Source: Candidatus Nanoarchaeia archaeon
GTDB taxonomy: Archaea; Nanobdellota; Nanobdellia; Woesearchaeales; JAQUVJ01
Reading direction: 5' to 3'
DNA length: 64,000 bases
Assembly (NCBI GenBank): GCA_028693395.1
Contig: JAQUVJ010000003.1
Span: forward strand, 2,298 to 66,297
The notes under the pieces were generated by a model. It saw nothing but the letters and a program-made list of their open reading frames with translations, was not told the DNA's origin and did no database searches. This document shows, one piece after another, positions 28,604 through 39,681 of the stretch (position 1 is its first letter; each line of letters begins with the position of its first letter). Position numbers and translations under genes: made by a program.

Positions 28604-29671
28604 TCAATCTAAATAATGTGAAATATCTGAGGAAATATCAATTAAAGTATCTAATTTATTAGAAATAAAATTTTTATCTTCTTCATTAATTTCTACTGAT
28701 TTAAATAAATTAGTTTTGGATCTCTTTAACAAAAATCCAGTAAATAAGAATATAACACAATCTTGTGTAAATAAAATATTCATACCTTTTGTTTTCTTAT
28801 CTAATTCTATAATCTTTTCTTGAACCGCAGGAGATAATTGTTTAACAATCTCTAAAGACTTCTCTGACTTTTTACCATCATATAAAAAAGAAAACCTTTT
28901 ATTAAATTCAATTGATTCTGTATTTATCTCTTTTTTACTAAATCTAGAAAAAATTGATTCTCTACATAAACAAAATCTTGTGTTTATTTTTTTATTTAAT
29001 TTTATTGAAAAAAAATGTGTATTATATGTTGTCGAAGATGAATTTTTACCATTTTGTGTTCTAATTGTATATGTAAAAATCCCTGAATAAAAATAATGAT
29101 CTATACTATTTTTTGTTAAACTTCCCCAAAATTGATCTTCAACATGCTGACTAGAATTACCTTTCTGAAATATTTCAGGATATAATTTCGATAAATCAAA
29201 CCATTTTTTATAATCAGAATATGGATCATAAAGAAAGTTATTTGATTGTGCAACTTGAATTTTTATAATATCTTTTGATAAAGATTGGTAATCAATAAGA
29301 ATAAAAGTTAACGGAAATATTGCAAATAATAAATACATAAGCCATGCATCTGGATCGATTTTTATTGAACTATTAAAATTTAAAAGAAAAACTCCAACAG
29401 TTCCAACAATTAATATAAGAGATGCTATAGATATTTGTTTTTTAGGTTTGTCTGGGTTTCTTTTAAGAAAAAAAAGTTTACTTAAAATTTTAATACAATT
29501 TTTATTTATTCTTTCAAAATCAATAAAATTTGTTGGATCCCAATAATTATTTTGTGAAATGTTTGAAAAGGATTGCTTAGCCATTTCTACATCTTCTTGT
29601 TTTGGTTTTACAAGACTAGTTTTATCTAAAAAATTAGATAAGATTTTTTTACCATTTTCCATTTTAATCAA
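28604..29671 (-). CDS. Membrane protein partnered with LemA (DUF3137-like, uncertain)
   Basis: A central pair of TM helices is present. The start overlaps the lemA stop by 4 nt. Confidence 0.35.
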   Translation of the reverse strand: MIKMENGKKILSNFLDKTSLVKPKQEDVEMAKQSFSNISQNNYWDPTNFIDFERINKNCIKILSKLFFLKRNPDKPKKQISIASLILIVGTVGVFLLNFNSSIKIDPDAWLMYLLFAIFPLTFILIDYQSLSKDIIKIQVAQSNNFLYDPYSDYKKWFDLSKLYPEIFQKGNSSQHVEDQFWGSLTKNSIDHYFYSGIFTYTIRTQNGKNSSSTTYNTHFFSIKLNKKINTRFCLCRESIFSRFSKKEINTESIEFNKRFSFLYDGKKSEKSLEIVKQLSPAVQEKIIELDKKTKGMNILFTQDCVIFLFTGFLLKRSKTNLFKSVEINEEDKNFISNKLDTLIDISSDISHYLD

Positions 29672-30222
29672 AAACTAATATTTACTTCTTTTTTTTCTTC
29701 TTTTGTTGCTTCAAAAAAATCTGCTTGTTTGAATGAAAACATTTTTGCAATTATATTTGAAGGAAAAGTTTCAATTTTATTATTAAAATATGTAACGTTC
29801 TCATTGTATATTCTTCTTGATGCTGCTATTTGATTTTCTGTTTTACTTAATTCACTTTGTAATTCCATAAAATTTTGATTTGCTTTTAAATTTGGATAAT
29901 TTTCAGAAACTGCAAATAAAGATTTCAAAGAACTAGATAATTGATCTTGAGTTTTTGCAATGTCTTTTAAATTAGTTTGATTCATAGATAGATTTCTTAG
30001 TTTTACTATATTTTCTAATGTTTCTTTTTCATGTGTTGCATATCCTTTTACAACATTAACTAAATTTGGAATTAAATCATTTCTTCTTTTTAATTGAACA
30101 TCTATTCCTGACCATGAATTTTTAACATGATTTTTTAATCTAATTAAAGAATTAAACATAGATATAATGCCTAAAAAAACTACTCCTATAATTATTAACA
30201 ATATCTTTATTTCCATTTTCAT
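29668..30222 (-). CDS. lemA: LemA family protein
   Basis: An N-terminal TM segment is followed by NYPNLKANQNFMELQSELSKTENQIAASRRIYNENVTYFNNKIETFPSNIIA. Confidence 0.85.
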   Translation of the reverse strand: MKMEIKILLIIIGVVFLGIISMFNSLIRLKNHVKNSWSGIDVQLKRRNDLIPNLVNVVKGYATHEKETLENIVKLRNLSMNQTNLKDIAKTQDQLSSSLKSLFAVSENYPNLKANQNFMELQSELSKTENQIAASRRIYNENVTYFNNKIETFPSNIIAKMFSFKQADFFEATKEEKKEVNISF

Positions 30223-30404
30223 ATTTTTTAATAATTATAAATATATAAATTTATTTAATCAATAATTAAAAAATAAAAAATAATACCTAACAATATAAAA
30301 AATAACAATATGAAAATATAATATATCTCTAAAGTATTACATCATTAAAAAAGCAAATACTGATATAACAAAATGTTTATAAATCCTATAATTAAACATA
30401 TTAC

Positions 30405-30869
30405 ATGGATAAACCATTATTATCATTAACTGGATATGTTCAAATAACTAAAATTATAAAAAATTGTAAAGATTATAAAAAAAAACGAATCTTATGCAAT
30501 CAAATATATGATACTTTAATAGAAAATAGTGAAAAAATGGATATTGCAGTATTAAATGATTTTTACATTAGATATGAAAAATTCCTAAATAATGAAAGTG
30601 ATGAAAAAAAAGAAGAAATTGCAAAAAAAAAAGAAGAACTTAAAAAAAATCAAGATGAAATAAAAGATTTAATGATTTATACTGACTTCTGTGAAGATCT
30701 TGAAGATATATTAAATCAAAGTATAATAACTCCAAAAGAAACAGAATTAATAATTAAAAAATCAAGTTCAACAATGTCACTTCTTGAAAGATTAGGTATA
30801 GATCCTTTTAATATTCCTGAAACATTAATTTACTTAAACAATTTATTTGATATAGAATATCATTTTTAA
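30405..30869 (+). CDS. Hypothetical protein
   Basis: This call rests on the ORF only. The central region is acidic and Lys-rich. Confidence 0.35.
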   Translation: MDKPLLSLTGYVQITKIIKNCKDYKKKRILCNQIYDTLIENSEKMDIAVLNDFYIRYEKFLNNESDEKKEEIAKKKEELKKNQDEIKDLMIYTDFCEDLEDILNQSIITPKETELIIKKSSSTMSLLERLGIDPFNIPETLIYLNNLFDIEYHF

Positions 30870-31511
30870 TCATTCATATTTTAGAAAAACTTCTGCGAAT
30901 CTACATTTATGAATTATTCCATAAATCAATGATTTTATTATTACTATTGGAGTTAATTGATATACTGCTGTTTTTTGTGTTTTAAATTCAGCCAAAGCTT
31001 TTAATTTTGTTCTTAATGTTTCTCTTATGTCAACAACAATTGAATCATTGTTTGCTTCACTTATACTTATTGGATTCCAAATATTAAAAGTATACGCGTT
31101 TTTATAGTCTTTTTCTTTTAAAACTTCTGAAACAATTTTATAAACAGCCAAATGATCTACAAAAATTCTATCGTCTTTTGAATGAAATAATATAAATTCT
31201 GGATTATAAAAATCTATTAATCTATGAACTGCTCTTTTTACTCTTGGTTTTTTTATTTCATTTATTAAATTCATATCTTTTAATGACAAAAAATATGGTG
31301 TTGTTCCTAAAATATTACTAACTCTTTTTGCTTCTTGAATTCTTTTAGGAATCAAATACTCTTTATTCATAATCAATGAACCTTCTTCACCTAATGAGAA
31401 AAATATCGTAACTACTTTATATCCTTGATTTGTTAGTTTTTTAATAAATCCGCCAGCACCTAATGTTTCATCATCTGGATGAGCACAAAAGATTAATACG
31501 TTTTTTTTCAT
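30870..31511 (-). CDS. PIG-L/LmbE family deacetylase
   Basis: VLIFCAHPDDETLGAGG and a downstream HxDH-like VDHLAV are present. Confidence 0.8.
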   Translation of the reverse strand: MKKNVLIFCAHPDDETLGAGGFIKKLTNQGYKVVTIFFSLGEEGSLIMNKEYLIPKRIQEAKRVSNILGTTPYFLSLKDMNLINEIKKPRVKRAVHRLIDFYNPEFILFHSKDDRIFVDHLAVYKIVSEVLKEKDYKNAYTFNIWNPISISEANNDSIVVDIRETLRTKLKALAEFKTQKTAVYQLTPIVIIKSLIYGIIHKCRFAEVFLKYE

Positions 31512-31616
31512 TTTCTTTCTGTTTAATATTAAAATAATACATAAATAATTAATAAGTAATAAGTAATAAATAAATAATAATTTAATAAAAAAATATTAAA
31601 TATTATTATTAAAAAT

Positions 31617-32129
31617 TCACTTTCTTACTTTTAAAAAATCTCCAACTGTTAAAACATTTGAATTGTTTTTTGAAGTAAATGGTATTGAATCACTTCCTAC
31701 ATTCGACTTTTCAATAATGGAAATCTTAAAAAATTTTTCTAATTTCGTAGCTACTTCTTGAGTTGGTTGAATTCTTTCTGATTCAATTGCATGAATTAAA
31801 GATTCTTTTATCCCTAACTCTTTTGATAATTCTTTATGAGTCATTGGAATCTTCTCTCTTGCTTCTTGAACTTTTCTTCCATATCCTTCAACAAAATCTA
31901 CAAAATCTTTGAATAAATCTTCTTCTTTTTTTGTACCTTTGTTTAATAAATTATATTCATGCATATAATCAGGAGATAAAGAAACTCCCCTGCTTTCTGC
32001 TGAATTCTTATACACTAAAGTTCCCATTTTTGAACAATCTTTACAAACTTTCAAAACTGCTCCTTCGATATTTGTTTCGAATAATTCGTTAGTTTTAGCA
32101 CCACATAATTCACAGTACATCTTTACCAC
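31617..32129 (-). CDS. mbf1: Archaeal multiprotein bridging factor 1 (Zn ribbon + HTH)
   Basis: The Zn ribbon is CELCG...CKDC. The C-terminal Cro/C1 HTH is MTHKELSKELGIKESLIHAIESERIQPT. Confidence 0.8.
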   Translation of the reverse strand: MVKMYCELCGAKTNELFETNIEGAVLKVCKDCSKMGTLVYKNSAESRGVSLSPDYMHEYNLLNKGTKKEEDLFKDFVDFVEGYGRKVQEAREKIPMTHKELSKELGIKESLIHAIESERIQPTQEVATKLEKFFKISIIEKSNVGSDSIPFTSKNNSNVLTVGDFLKVRK

Positions 32130-33719
32130 TTATTTTTTGTCTTTTGTATTTTTTAAATAAATTTCTATAAATTTAGCATACGCTGGTCTTGTTATTAAAA
32201 CACCAATTGTTACACCTAAAATTGTTGTAAATGCAAATCCTCTAAGTAATTGAACTCCTCTAAATAAAGGAATCATTGCTACAACTGTTGTAAAATAAGC
32301 TCCAAACATTATAAAAAATGCGTTTGCTAATCTTTTCTTTATACTATATTCCTTTTTTAAACTTCCTTGAGATTTACCCATTGCTTCATCTGTAATTATT
32401 AACTGATCATCTACTCCAGTTCCTACTGAAATTATAATTCCAGCAATTGCAACTAAATCTAAATCCCATTTCAATAATGCAGCAAATCCTAAAACAATCA
32501 ATATCTCACTTAACACTGTTAATATAATAAATCCACTAAGTGCAAATTTTTTATAAAAAATAAATACCAATATTGATACAATTACTACTGCAACAATTCC
32601 TAATAACATTGAATTCTTTAAAAATAATTCTCCTAAATCAGCAGTTATAATATCTAAACTTTCAATATTTAATTTTGCTGGTAAAGAACCTGATTCTAAA
32701 ATTACCTGTAATTTTTTCATATTATCTAATGCATCTTCTTGTGCAATAGCCATACTAGCACCTGTTCCTGAACCTGAAATTACTATTGTTGTTTGTGGTG
32801 CACTTTTCAAAGAACCTGCAATTTTTAATCTATCTTGTAAATTTCCATCTAAGTATAATTCTAAATCTTGAGTTAAATATGATTCTCCAGAGGAAGATTC
32901 TGTTGGAATATTTTGAATTGTTTCATGAAATTTCTGTGCTGCTTTTGGTGTTTTATATATTTCAAATCTAAATCTACAACCCCATCCATCAGCATATTCT
33001 TGACATCCTGAATAAGGATCAATTCCTGCACATGATGAAACCTTACAAACTCCTGCAATATCATCTCCACCTTCAAAAACTGTTACATTTCCAATTTTTG
33101 CTTCAAATGCTCCTTCACTTAATATAATTTCTTTAAATTCGGATTCACTCATTCCAGCCATTTCAATTAAAATATATTGACCTTCAAGTGTTCTTATTAC
33201 AACATTTGACAAACCAAAAGCATTTAATCTTTGATCTAAACTATCAATCATTAAAGTCATTTCATCTGCTTTTAAATGTTTATCAGGTTTTAAAACAGCT
33301 CTAATTCCACCTTTTAAATCTATTCCAAATCTTAAATTTGAATTAGTTGATTCAACTAATGATAAACCAATCATTTCTTCTAATGTAACATTTTCATTAT
33401 AACTTAATGATTCATATGTTAAAACGTTTCCTTTATTTGTTTCCAAAATTAATGATTCATTTTTTAAATCTTTAATTATTGAATAAAAATGATCCATATC
33501 TTCTACTTTTTGAGAATTAGCGACTAATATCAATTCCCTTTGCGTCAATGGTGCAGTTTCATCAGGACTTGATATTCCCAAATCTCTATCAATTACTTTA
33601 TTAATAGTAACTCCACTTGTATCAAACTTATAATTAATTGAAAAAATTGAAATCAATAAAAAAATAATAAAAATCCATATTTTTACTGATGTTAAAACCT
33701 CTTTTAACACTTTATTCAT
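32130..33719 (-). CDS. secD: Preprotein translocase subunit SecD
   Basis: A large periplasmic-type domain is followed by a C-terminal TM bundle containing GTGVDDQLIITDE. The start overlaps the secF stop by 4 nt. Confidence 0.8.
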   Translation of the reverse strand: MNKVLKEVLTSVKIWIFIIFLLISIFSINYKFDTSGVTINKVIDRDLGISSPDETAPLTQRELILVANSQKVEDMDHFYSIIKDLKNESLILETNKGNVLTYESLSYNENVTLEEMIGLSLVESTNSNLRFGIDLKGGIRAVLKPDKHLKADEMTLMIDSLDQRLNAFGLSNVVIRTLEGQYILIEMAGMSESEFKEIILSEGAFEAKIGNVTVFEGGDDIAGVCKVSSCAGIDPYSGCQEYADGWGCRFRFEIYKTPKAAQKFHETIQNIPTESSSGESYLTQDLELYLDGNLQDRLKIAGSLKSAPQTTIVISGSGTGASMAIAQEDALDNMKKLQVILESGSLPAKLNIESLDIITADLGELFLKNSMLLGIVAVVIVSILVFIFYKKFALSGFIILTVLSEILIVLGFAALLKWDLDLVAIAGIIISVGTGVDDQLIITDEAMGKSQGSLKKEYSIKKRLANAFFIMFGAYFTTVVAMIPLFRGVQLLRGFAFTTILGVTIGVLITRPAYAKFIEIYLKNTKDKK

Positions 33720-34630
33720 TTTTTAACACCTTTTTTTGATAAATATATCTTTAAAATTCCTGCATTCATAAACCAAGTACTCATTAAATCTACAATTAAT
33801 CCTATTAATAAAATTGTCACAATTTGTTTTATTGCAGGTGCTTGAGAAACAAAAAAAACAGCTATTAAAACTCCTATTGTAGTAGAAGTCATCTTTAAAC
33901 CTGTTTTCATCGCATCATAAATTCCATCTTGAATATTTTTTGGTTTTTCTTTTATTAATTTAGTTGTCAATAAAATATTTGTATCAACTGAATATCCCAC
34001 AAGCATTAAAATTGCTGCAACTCCCGCCATTGACAATTTCATTTGAAATAAATTAAAAAAACCTATTGTTATAATAATATCAAAAATACTTGACAATATT
34101 ATTGATACAGAAGGTGCAAATTTTCTAAAATATAAGAAAACAACAGCTCCCATAAATAAAAATGCATATATTAAAAACTTAAATGTAGTCTTAAAAAAAT
34201 CATCTGCAATTGTTCCACTCATATTTGATTTAGAAGCAATTGAATAACCTTCATTAAAATTACTTGTTAAAACTTCATTTAAGATTTCTTCAAATTCTTC
34301 TTCTTGCAAAGAATCTAAGTCAACCATTAAAGAAAAACCAATTCTTTCTCCAAAATTTTTTAAATCCGTTACACTATAAGTCTTTTCAGAATATCTTATC
34401 ATTAATTCATTAACAACATCTGTAGATGTTTTTGAATTCCAATTATCTACCCTAATATCGTAACTAATTCCTCCGCTTAATGAAACATCCTTTTGAACTA
34501 CATCTCCATAGTTAATCATTGTAAATGCTATTGATACAATTGCCAAACCAAAGAGAATAAAAGGTATAATCATTAATATCTTGTATTTTTTTTCATAAAA
34601 TTTTTTCAAAGATTCCTTCATCATTACCAC
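33716..34630 (-). CDS. secF: Preprotein translocase subunit SecF
   Basis: The TM bundle contains VGYSVDTNILLTTKLIKE. The gene is adjacent to secD. Confidence 0.8.
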   Translation of the reverse strand: MVMMKESLKKFYEKKYKILMIIPFILFGLAIVSIAFTMINYGDVVQKDVSLSGGISYDIRVDNWNSKTSTDVVNELMIRYSEKTYSVTDLKNFGERIGFSLMVDLDSLQEEEFEEILNEVLTSNFNEGYSIASKSNMSGTIADDFFKTTFKFLIYAFLFMGAVVFLYFRKFAPSVSIILSSIFDIIITIGFFNLFQMKLSMAGVAAILMLVGYSVDTNILLTTKLIKEKPKNIQDGIYDAMKTGLKMTSTTIGVLIAVFFVSQAPAIKQIVTILLIGLIVDLMSTWFMNAGILKIYLSKKGVKK

Positions 34631-34929
34631 ATTTATTCTATTTTTTTTAATTATTTTAAGTAATTATTATTTTTAATTTTAAATTAATCGATTAAATAAA
34701 TAAAATTATATTACATTACAATACATCATTAATACATTAATTCATATAAATATATATAAATATAATAGTAATTTCATTAATTTGTATTTATTAAAGATAT
34801 ATAAATTTATCAATTATATTAATTAAAGAATGTAAAATTGTAAGTAAATAAAAATAGATAAAAACAAAAATAAAATAATAATAAACAAAAAAACAATAAA
34901 GAATAAAATTATGATAACATAAAAATAAA

Positions 34930-35967
34930 ATGGTTTTAGAAATGGGAAAAGAAATAATTAAGAATAAAACTAATGATACAATTAAATTAACAAATATCAT
35001 ACAAAAATTTATTGAAAAAAAAAACAAAAGAAATAATGAAAGAAATAATCAAAAAAAAAATCAAAAAATTGAATTATACAAAGATAAATCCATTGATTTC
35101 TTGAAAAATTATTTCAATCTTAATTCTCAATATCATTTTTATATATTAAACTCATGCGATGCATCAATTTTTTATGCTTTAAATGCGATTTTATCAAATA
35201 AAGAAATAAAAAATATTAATATTCCAAGTACTGCATCATGGCTTTCTTATGAACCATTTTGTGAACTTTTAAATAAAATTAACAATAATTACAAGATAAA
35301 CAAATATGATTTTAAAAATTACGAACCAAATTACGAAGAATTAAAACAAGAAAATGATAATTTAAACATAATTCAACTAAATCCAGGATATTTAAATTAT
35401 GTGGAAATCGAAAAAATACCAAAAAATAGTATCATTGATGCTAGTGGGTTTAAAAATAAAGTTAATCTTAATGATTTTGATTGTATTGTTTTAAGTTTTC
35501 AACATTGGAAGCCAATAAACATTGGTTTTGGTGGATTTATCGCAATAAAAAAAGAATTAGATATAAAAAAGAAAGAAAAAACATATTTAAAAAAAATATT
35601 AGATCCTCAAATTAAATCACTTGAAAATTCAAAGATATCAAAAAAGATAATAAATTTTAACATTTATTTTTACAAAAAACTTTATTACAATTTAAATAAT
35701 TTAGATGAAAGAATAAATAAATTTCAAACTTTTTTTGATAATAAAATTATATCTATTATGAATTTTTTAAAAAAAGAAAATATAAATTTTGAAATAAAAT
35801 TCTTTGAAAATTCCTTAAATGCATTAATAATAACTAATTTAGAAAAAAATCAAAAAGATGAATTAATAATAAAACTAAAACAAAAATTTAAAGAAATAGA
35901 TTTTAAAAATGATTTAGATATTAGATTTAAAGGTATTAGCGTAGAAATCAAAAGATTTTTTAAATAA
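34930..35967 (+). CDS. Hypothetical protein, possibly a degenerate PLP-dependent (DegT/class V-like) fold
   Basis: NSCDASIFYALNAI and SFQHWKPINIGFGGFI resemble the S.h..K....geGG lysine region. The match is weak. Confidence 0.3.
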   Translation: MVLEMGKEIIKNKTNDTIKLTNIIQKFIEKKNKRNNERNNQKKNQKIELYKDKSIDFLKNYFNLNSQYHFYILNSCDASIFYALNAILSNKEIKNINIPSTASWLSYEPFCELLNKINNNYKINKYDFKNYEPNYEELKQENDNLNIIQLNPGYLNYVEIEKIPKNSIIDASGFKNKVNLNDFDCIVLSFQHWKPINIGFGGFIAIKKELDIKKKEKTYLKKILDPQIKSLENSKISKKIINFNIYFYKKLYYNLNNLDERINKFQTFFDNKIISIMNFLKKENINFEIKFFENSLNALIITNLEKNQKDELIIKLKQKFKEIDFKNDLDIRFKGISVEIKRFFK

Positions 35968-36214
35968 AGATAAATATATAATTTAATTTTAGTTTTATGA
36001 AATAATAATATTAGAAATAAAATTAAATCCTATAAAAATATAAAATAATATGAAAAAATAAATAAAAAATTAAAATAGATAAAAGAAAATTGAAAGTAAA
36101 AATATAAATGAAAAAATAAATAAAAATTAAAAATATTTAAATACCATTCACTTTTCTTTATTATCAAGATTTTAATTTTTTTATAAAAAAATATTATAAT
36201 AATAAGTGATAAAT

Positions 36215-36379
36215 ATGGAAAAAGTATGTAGTAGTTGTAAAAAAGCTATTAATAATGACAATGGAGCAATTGAATTCAAATGCCCTAATTGTGGAAAACA
36301 AACAATAATAAGATGTGGACATTGCAGAAGTGTATCCGCAAAATATAGATGCCCAGAGTGCAACTTCGAAGGACCTTAG
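36215..36379 (+). CDS. Zn-ribbon protein (COG2888-type, typical partner of aEF-1beta)
   Basis: Not in the track (54 aa); I translated it by hand as MEKVCSSCKKAINNDNGAIEFKCPNCGKQTIIRCGHCRSVSAKYRCPECNFEGP. It has four CxxC pairs and lies immediately upstream of the EF-1beta gene. Confidence 0.65.
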   Translation: MEKVCSSCKKAINNDNGAIEFKCPNCGKQTIIRCGHCRSVSAKYRCPECNFEGP

Positions 36380-36667
36380 GTGAAATATATGGCAGCAACA
36401 TTAGTAGTTTCATATAAAATAATGGCTTCAGATCCTGATGTAGATATGGAAGAATTAGTAAGAAAAGTAACACCAGTACTTACAAAATATGGTATTGAAT
36501 ATGGTAAACATTCAGTTGAACCTGTTGCTTTTGGACTAAAAGCTTTAATCTTACACGTTTTATCAAATGATGATATTGGAACACCTGAAGAATTAGAAAA
36601 TGAACTTGAAGATTTTGAAGAAATTGAAAATGTTCAAGTAATCCAAATGCAAAGAGCTTTGGGCTAA
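36380..36667 (+). CDS. Elongation factor 1-beta (aEF-1beta)
   Basis: MAATLVVSYKIMASDPDVDMEEL...EPVAFGLKALIL. The likely start is the ATG at 36389, preceded by AGGTGAAATAT. The 15-mer AGGTGAAATATATGG is identical to the one at radA. Confidence 0.85.
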   Translation: MKYMAATLVVSYKIMASDPDVDMEELVRKVTPVLTKYGIEYGKHSVEPVAFGLKALILHVLSNDDIGTPEELENELEDFEEIENVQVIQMQRALG

Positions 36668-36988
36668 ATTTTTTCTTTTTTTTATTTTAATTATTTATTT
36701 AAATATTTTCTTAATAAAACAAAATTATAAAAAGTTCATTTCTTATTTTCTAAAATTCAATAATAACAATAATAATAACAATATTATTTGAAAAATATTA
36801 TTAAAGAAATAAAATAATAAATCTATTAATAAATATTTTATAAATAAAATAATCTATAAATTAAAAAATTATAAATTAAAAATCTTAAAAAACAATAAAT
36901 TACATCACAAAAATCATAATGTTATTTATTATAAAAAAATATTAAAAATTTTGGAAATTTTAGAAATAAAATTAATAATACGAAAATC

Positions 36989-37702
36989 TCAAAAAAAATC
37001 TTTTATAAAATCCCTTCTTGTTTGAATAAAATCCTTTTTAAAAACAAATGGTTTTATCTTTATCCAAATAGAATTATCTCCATATTTTAAATTAAATATA
37101 TTATTTTTTATTAAATCATTTTTATCCAATCTAACATATATCTTAAAATCTTCCTGAAAATATTCTATGAACTTTTCTTCTATTTTTTTATTATTTTTTT
37201 GAATTCTTATAATTTCATTTGAAACATCATCTTCAAATTTTTCAACGTTTTCGATTATTTCATCTTTATTATAATCAAAATCTAATTTTATTTTACCAAT
37301 TAATTCTTTGATTATTATTTTTGAAAAATCTTTATCTTTAATTAAGAAATTAATGTTTAACATAAACAATCCATTTGCTTTTTCTATTAAATAAATTTTA
37401 GTTTCAATTATATTATTTTTGAATTCAATTGGTTCATTTTCATAAACATCTTGTTCTTCTGGCATTTTTTCAAAATCCTTTTGTAAATATTCAAATTCTT
37501 CAATTGTTTTTACAAATTCCAAAAATTCTTTTATTTTCTCTATTTTATTTTTTGGTAATTTTTTAAAAAGATTTTCGCTTTTATTATTATTATTATTATT
37601 ATTTTCAATAAAAAAATCTATAAATTTAATTATTGTATCTTTAAAAGAAATTAATTCTTCATTGTTTTCAATAAATAATCTTGCTTCAATATTATAATCC
37701 AT
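36989..37702 (-). CDS. Hypothetical protein
   Basis: This call rests on the ORF only. The protein is acidic and Lys-rich with a poly-Asn tract. Confidence 0.35.
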   Translation of the reverse strand: MDYNIEARLFIENNEELISFKDTIIKFIDFFIENNNNNNNKSENLFKKLPKNKIEKIKEFLEFVKTIEEFEYLQKDFEKMPEEQDVYENEPIEFKNNIIETKIYLIEKANGLFMLNINFLIKDKDFSKIIIKELIGKIKLDFDYNKDEIIENVEKFEDDVSNEIIRIQKNNKKIEEKFIEYFQEDFKIYVRLDKNDLIKNNIFNLKYGDNSIWIKIKPFVFKKDFIQTRRDFIKDFF

Positions 37703-37884
37703 GTATATAAAAAGATTAAGTTATATAAAATCTTTATTGATTTAATGTTTTTTAATTTTTTCATTTTGCTATTATTAAATTTTTATATTTATAATTTTTA
37801 TATTGTATTTTTTATATTATATTTTTAATTAATCTAATAATCAAAATTGTTTAAATTTATATATAAAAGAATCTTTACACAATT

Positions 37885-39354
37885 ATGAAAAAAAATAATA
37901 AAAAAGAAAATAATGATTATAATTACATCAATGTTGATGGAAAAAATAAAATTATTTTAGATGAAAATCTTATTAAAAATGAAAAATCTAAAAAATCTAA
38001 AAATCACAATACTAATCATAAGTGGATATTTATAATATTATCACTCATTTTATTTTTTTTTATTCATTATTTTACATCTGTAAATTTTGATTATCAAAAC
38101 TTTAATTCTTATAATTCTGTTTCAAAAATAATGGAAAATCCTACACTTTTTGAACATGAATACACAAGAATTGAAAAAATATTAATTAGTTTGAATTCTA
38201 TACTAAGTGAAGAAATAATGAAAATTTTTTCAATATTATTTTTAATTTTATGCTCATTAATTGTTTTCTTAATACTTGAAGAATTGAAAATTGAGAAAAC
38301 TTTTGTTTATCTTTCGTATACTTTATCACTTTTTATGACTCTTGGATTTTACATTGATAAAATATTTAGTTTTGTTGGTTTTGAATTGTTTTTGTTTTTA
38401 ACTCTAATTTTGTTATATATTAAAAGTTTAAAAATAAAAAAAAATATTTATTATTTTATTAGTTTACTTATATTTTCTTTAATTATAAGTCCTTATTTTT
38501 TCATTTTAGTTTTTACTATTTTCTTGTCTTACTTTTTGTCTAATGTCTTTGATATTAAAACGACAAGATTCCAAAGAGAAATTTCTATACTTTTGTTAAT
38601 TTTATCTATTTCAATATTTACTTTATTTTATTATAATGTAAATATCAATTTTCACATAATTTCACATTCTTTAAAATTATATATGATTATTCCATTTAGT
38701 ATAATTGGATTAATTTATGCAATAACAAATACAAAAGATCTAAAATTTAATCCTAATTATATTTTCATTGTTTCAAATATGCTTATATTTTTGTTTTTAT
38801 TTGTTTATAATTCAAGCAATCTCTTTATTACCTCTTTATTATATTTCATTTTAATAATTGTAATAGGTTTATTTTTTAATTGGTTTAATGATTTCTTAGA
38901 TTTTACAAAATTTAGATATTATAAAAATCATTTAATAATTGCTATTTTTACCTTATTAATTATCTTTTCAACACTTATAAATATCAATTATATAACATCA
39001 GAAAATGAAATTATAAAAGATTATGTAGAATTAGGAAATAAAATGGAAAATTTAAGCATTAATAGATTCTTTTTGGGAGATGAAAATATATCAGCTGTTT
39101 ATTCATATTTACACAAAAGACCTGTTGCAAACATAATTTCTGACAATGATAATGTTTTAGTAAAAGATTATAATTCAAGAAAAATTAATGCAGATAAATT
39201 ATATTTATTAAATAAATACGACATTGAATATATTGATGAAACTTTTTATTATAATGATCCTTATTGTTTAATTCCTGTCGTTAGTTATGAATCAGAAAAT
39301 ATAAATAAAACAATTTACAAAGTAAGTTGTCAGATTCGTGGAATAAAAAATTAA
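37885..39354 (+). CDS. Polytopic membrane protein (possibly a glycosyltransferase-C-like fold)
   Basis: There are more than 10 predicted TM segments followed by a soluble C-terminal domain. I recognise no diagnostic motif. Confidence 0.4.
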   Translation: MKKNNKKENNDYNYINVDGKNKIILDENLIKNEKSKKSKNHNTNHKWIFIILSLILFFFIHYFTSVNFDYQNFNSYNSVSKIMENPTLFEHEYTRIEKILISLNSILSEEIMKIFSILFLILCSLIVFLILEELKIEKTFVYLSYTLSLFMTLGFYIDKIFSFVGFELFLFLTLILLYIKSLKIKKNIYYFISLLIFSLIISPYFFILVFTIFLSYFLSNVFDIKTTRFQREISILLLILSISIFTLFYYNVNINFHIISHSLKLYMIIPFSIIGLIYAITNTKDLKFNPNYIFIVSNMLIFLFLFVYNSSNLFITSLLYFILIIVIGLFFNWFNDFLDFTKFRYYKNHLIIAIFTLLIIFSTLININYITSENEIIKDYVELGNKMENLSINRFFLGDENISAVYSYLHKRPVANIISDNDNVLVKDYNSRKINADKLYLLNKYDIEYIDETFYYNDPYCLIPVVSYESENINKTIYKVSCQIRGIKN

Positions 39355-39383
39355 TTCTCATAAAATACAAAAAAAAAGAAATA

Positions 39384-39456
39384 TAGTCCTATCCAGATTC
39401 GAACTGGAGTCACCGGCTCCAAAGGCCAGTATGATTGGCCACTACACCATAGGACT
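39384..39456 (-). tRNA. tRNA-Gln (anticodon UUG)
   Basis: Hand-folded cloverleaf. The acceptor stem is AGTCCTA/TAGGACT. The D loop is AGTGGCCAA. The anticodon stem is CTGGC/GCCGG with loop CTTTGGA. The T arm is TCCAG-TTCGAAT-CTGGA. The discriminator is A73. There is no intron and no encoded CCA. The region is GC-rich relative to its flanks. Confidence 0.9.
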
Positions 39457-39681
39457 GATCATATGTTAAGTGATTTATTTTTAGTATTTAAATTTAATTG
39501 TTATTTTATTTATCATATCTTTCTTGTATTATATTTATTTGCAATTATTTTCAAATATTATAATAATAAATATAATGTGATTAAATTCTTAATACTAATT
39601 AATGAAAAAATATAATAAAAAAAGAAAAAAAGAAAAGAATAATTTAAAAAATTAAGATAAATTAAAATAAATTAAAATAAA

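Noticed and set aside
36181-36473. Track ORFs 36181..36363 (-) and 36285..36473 (-).
   Set aside because: They lie antisense to the hand-translated + strand Zn-ribbon gene (four CxxC pairs) and to the start of the EF-1beta gene, which form a classic archaeal pair.
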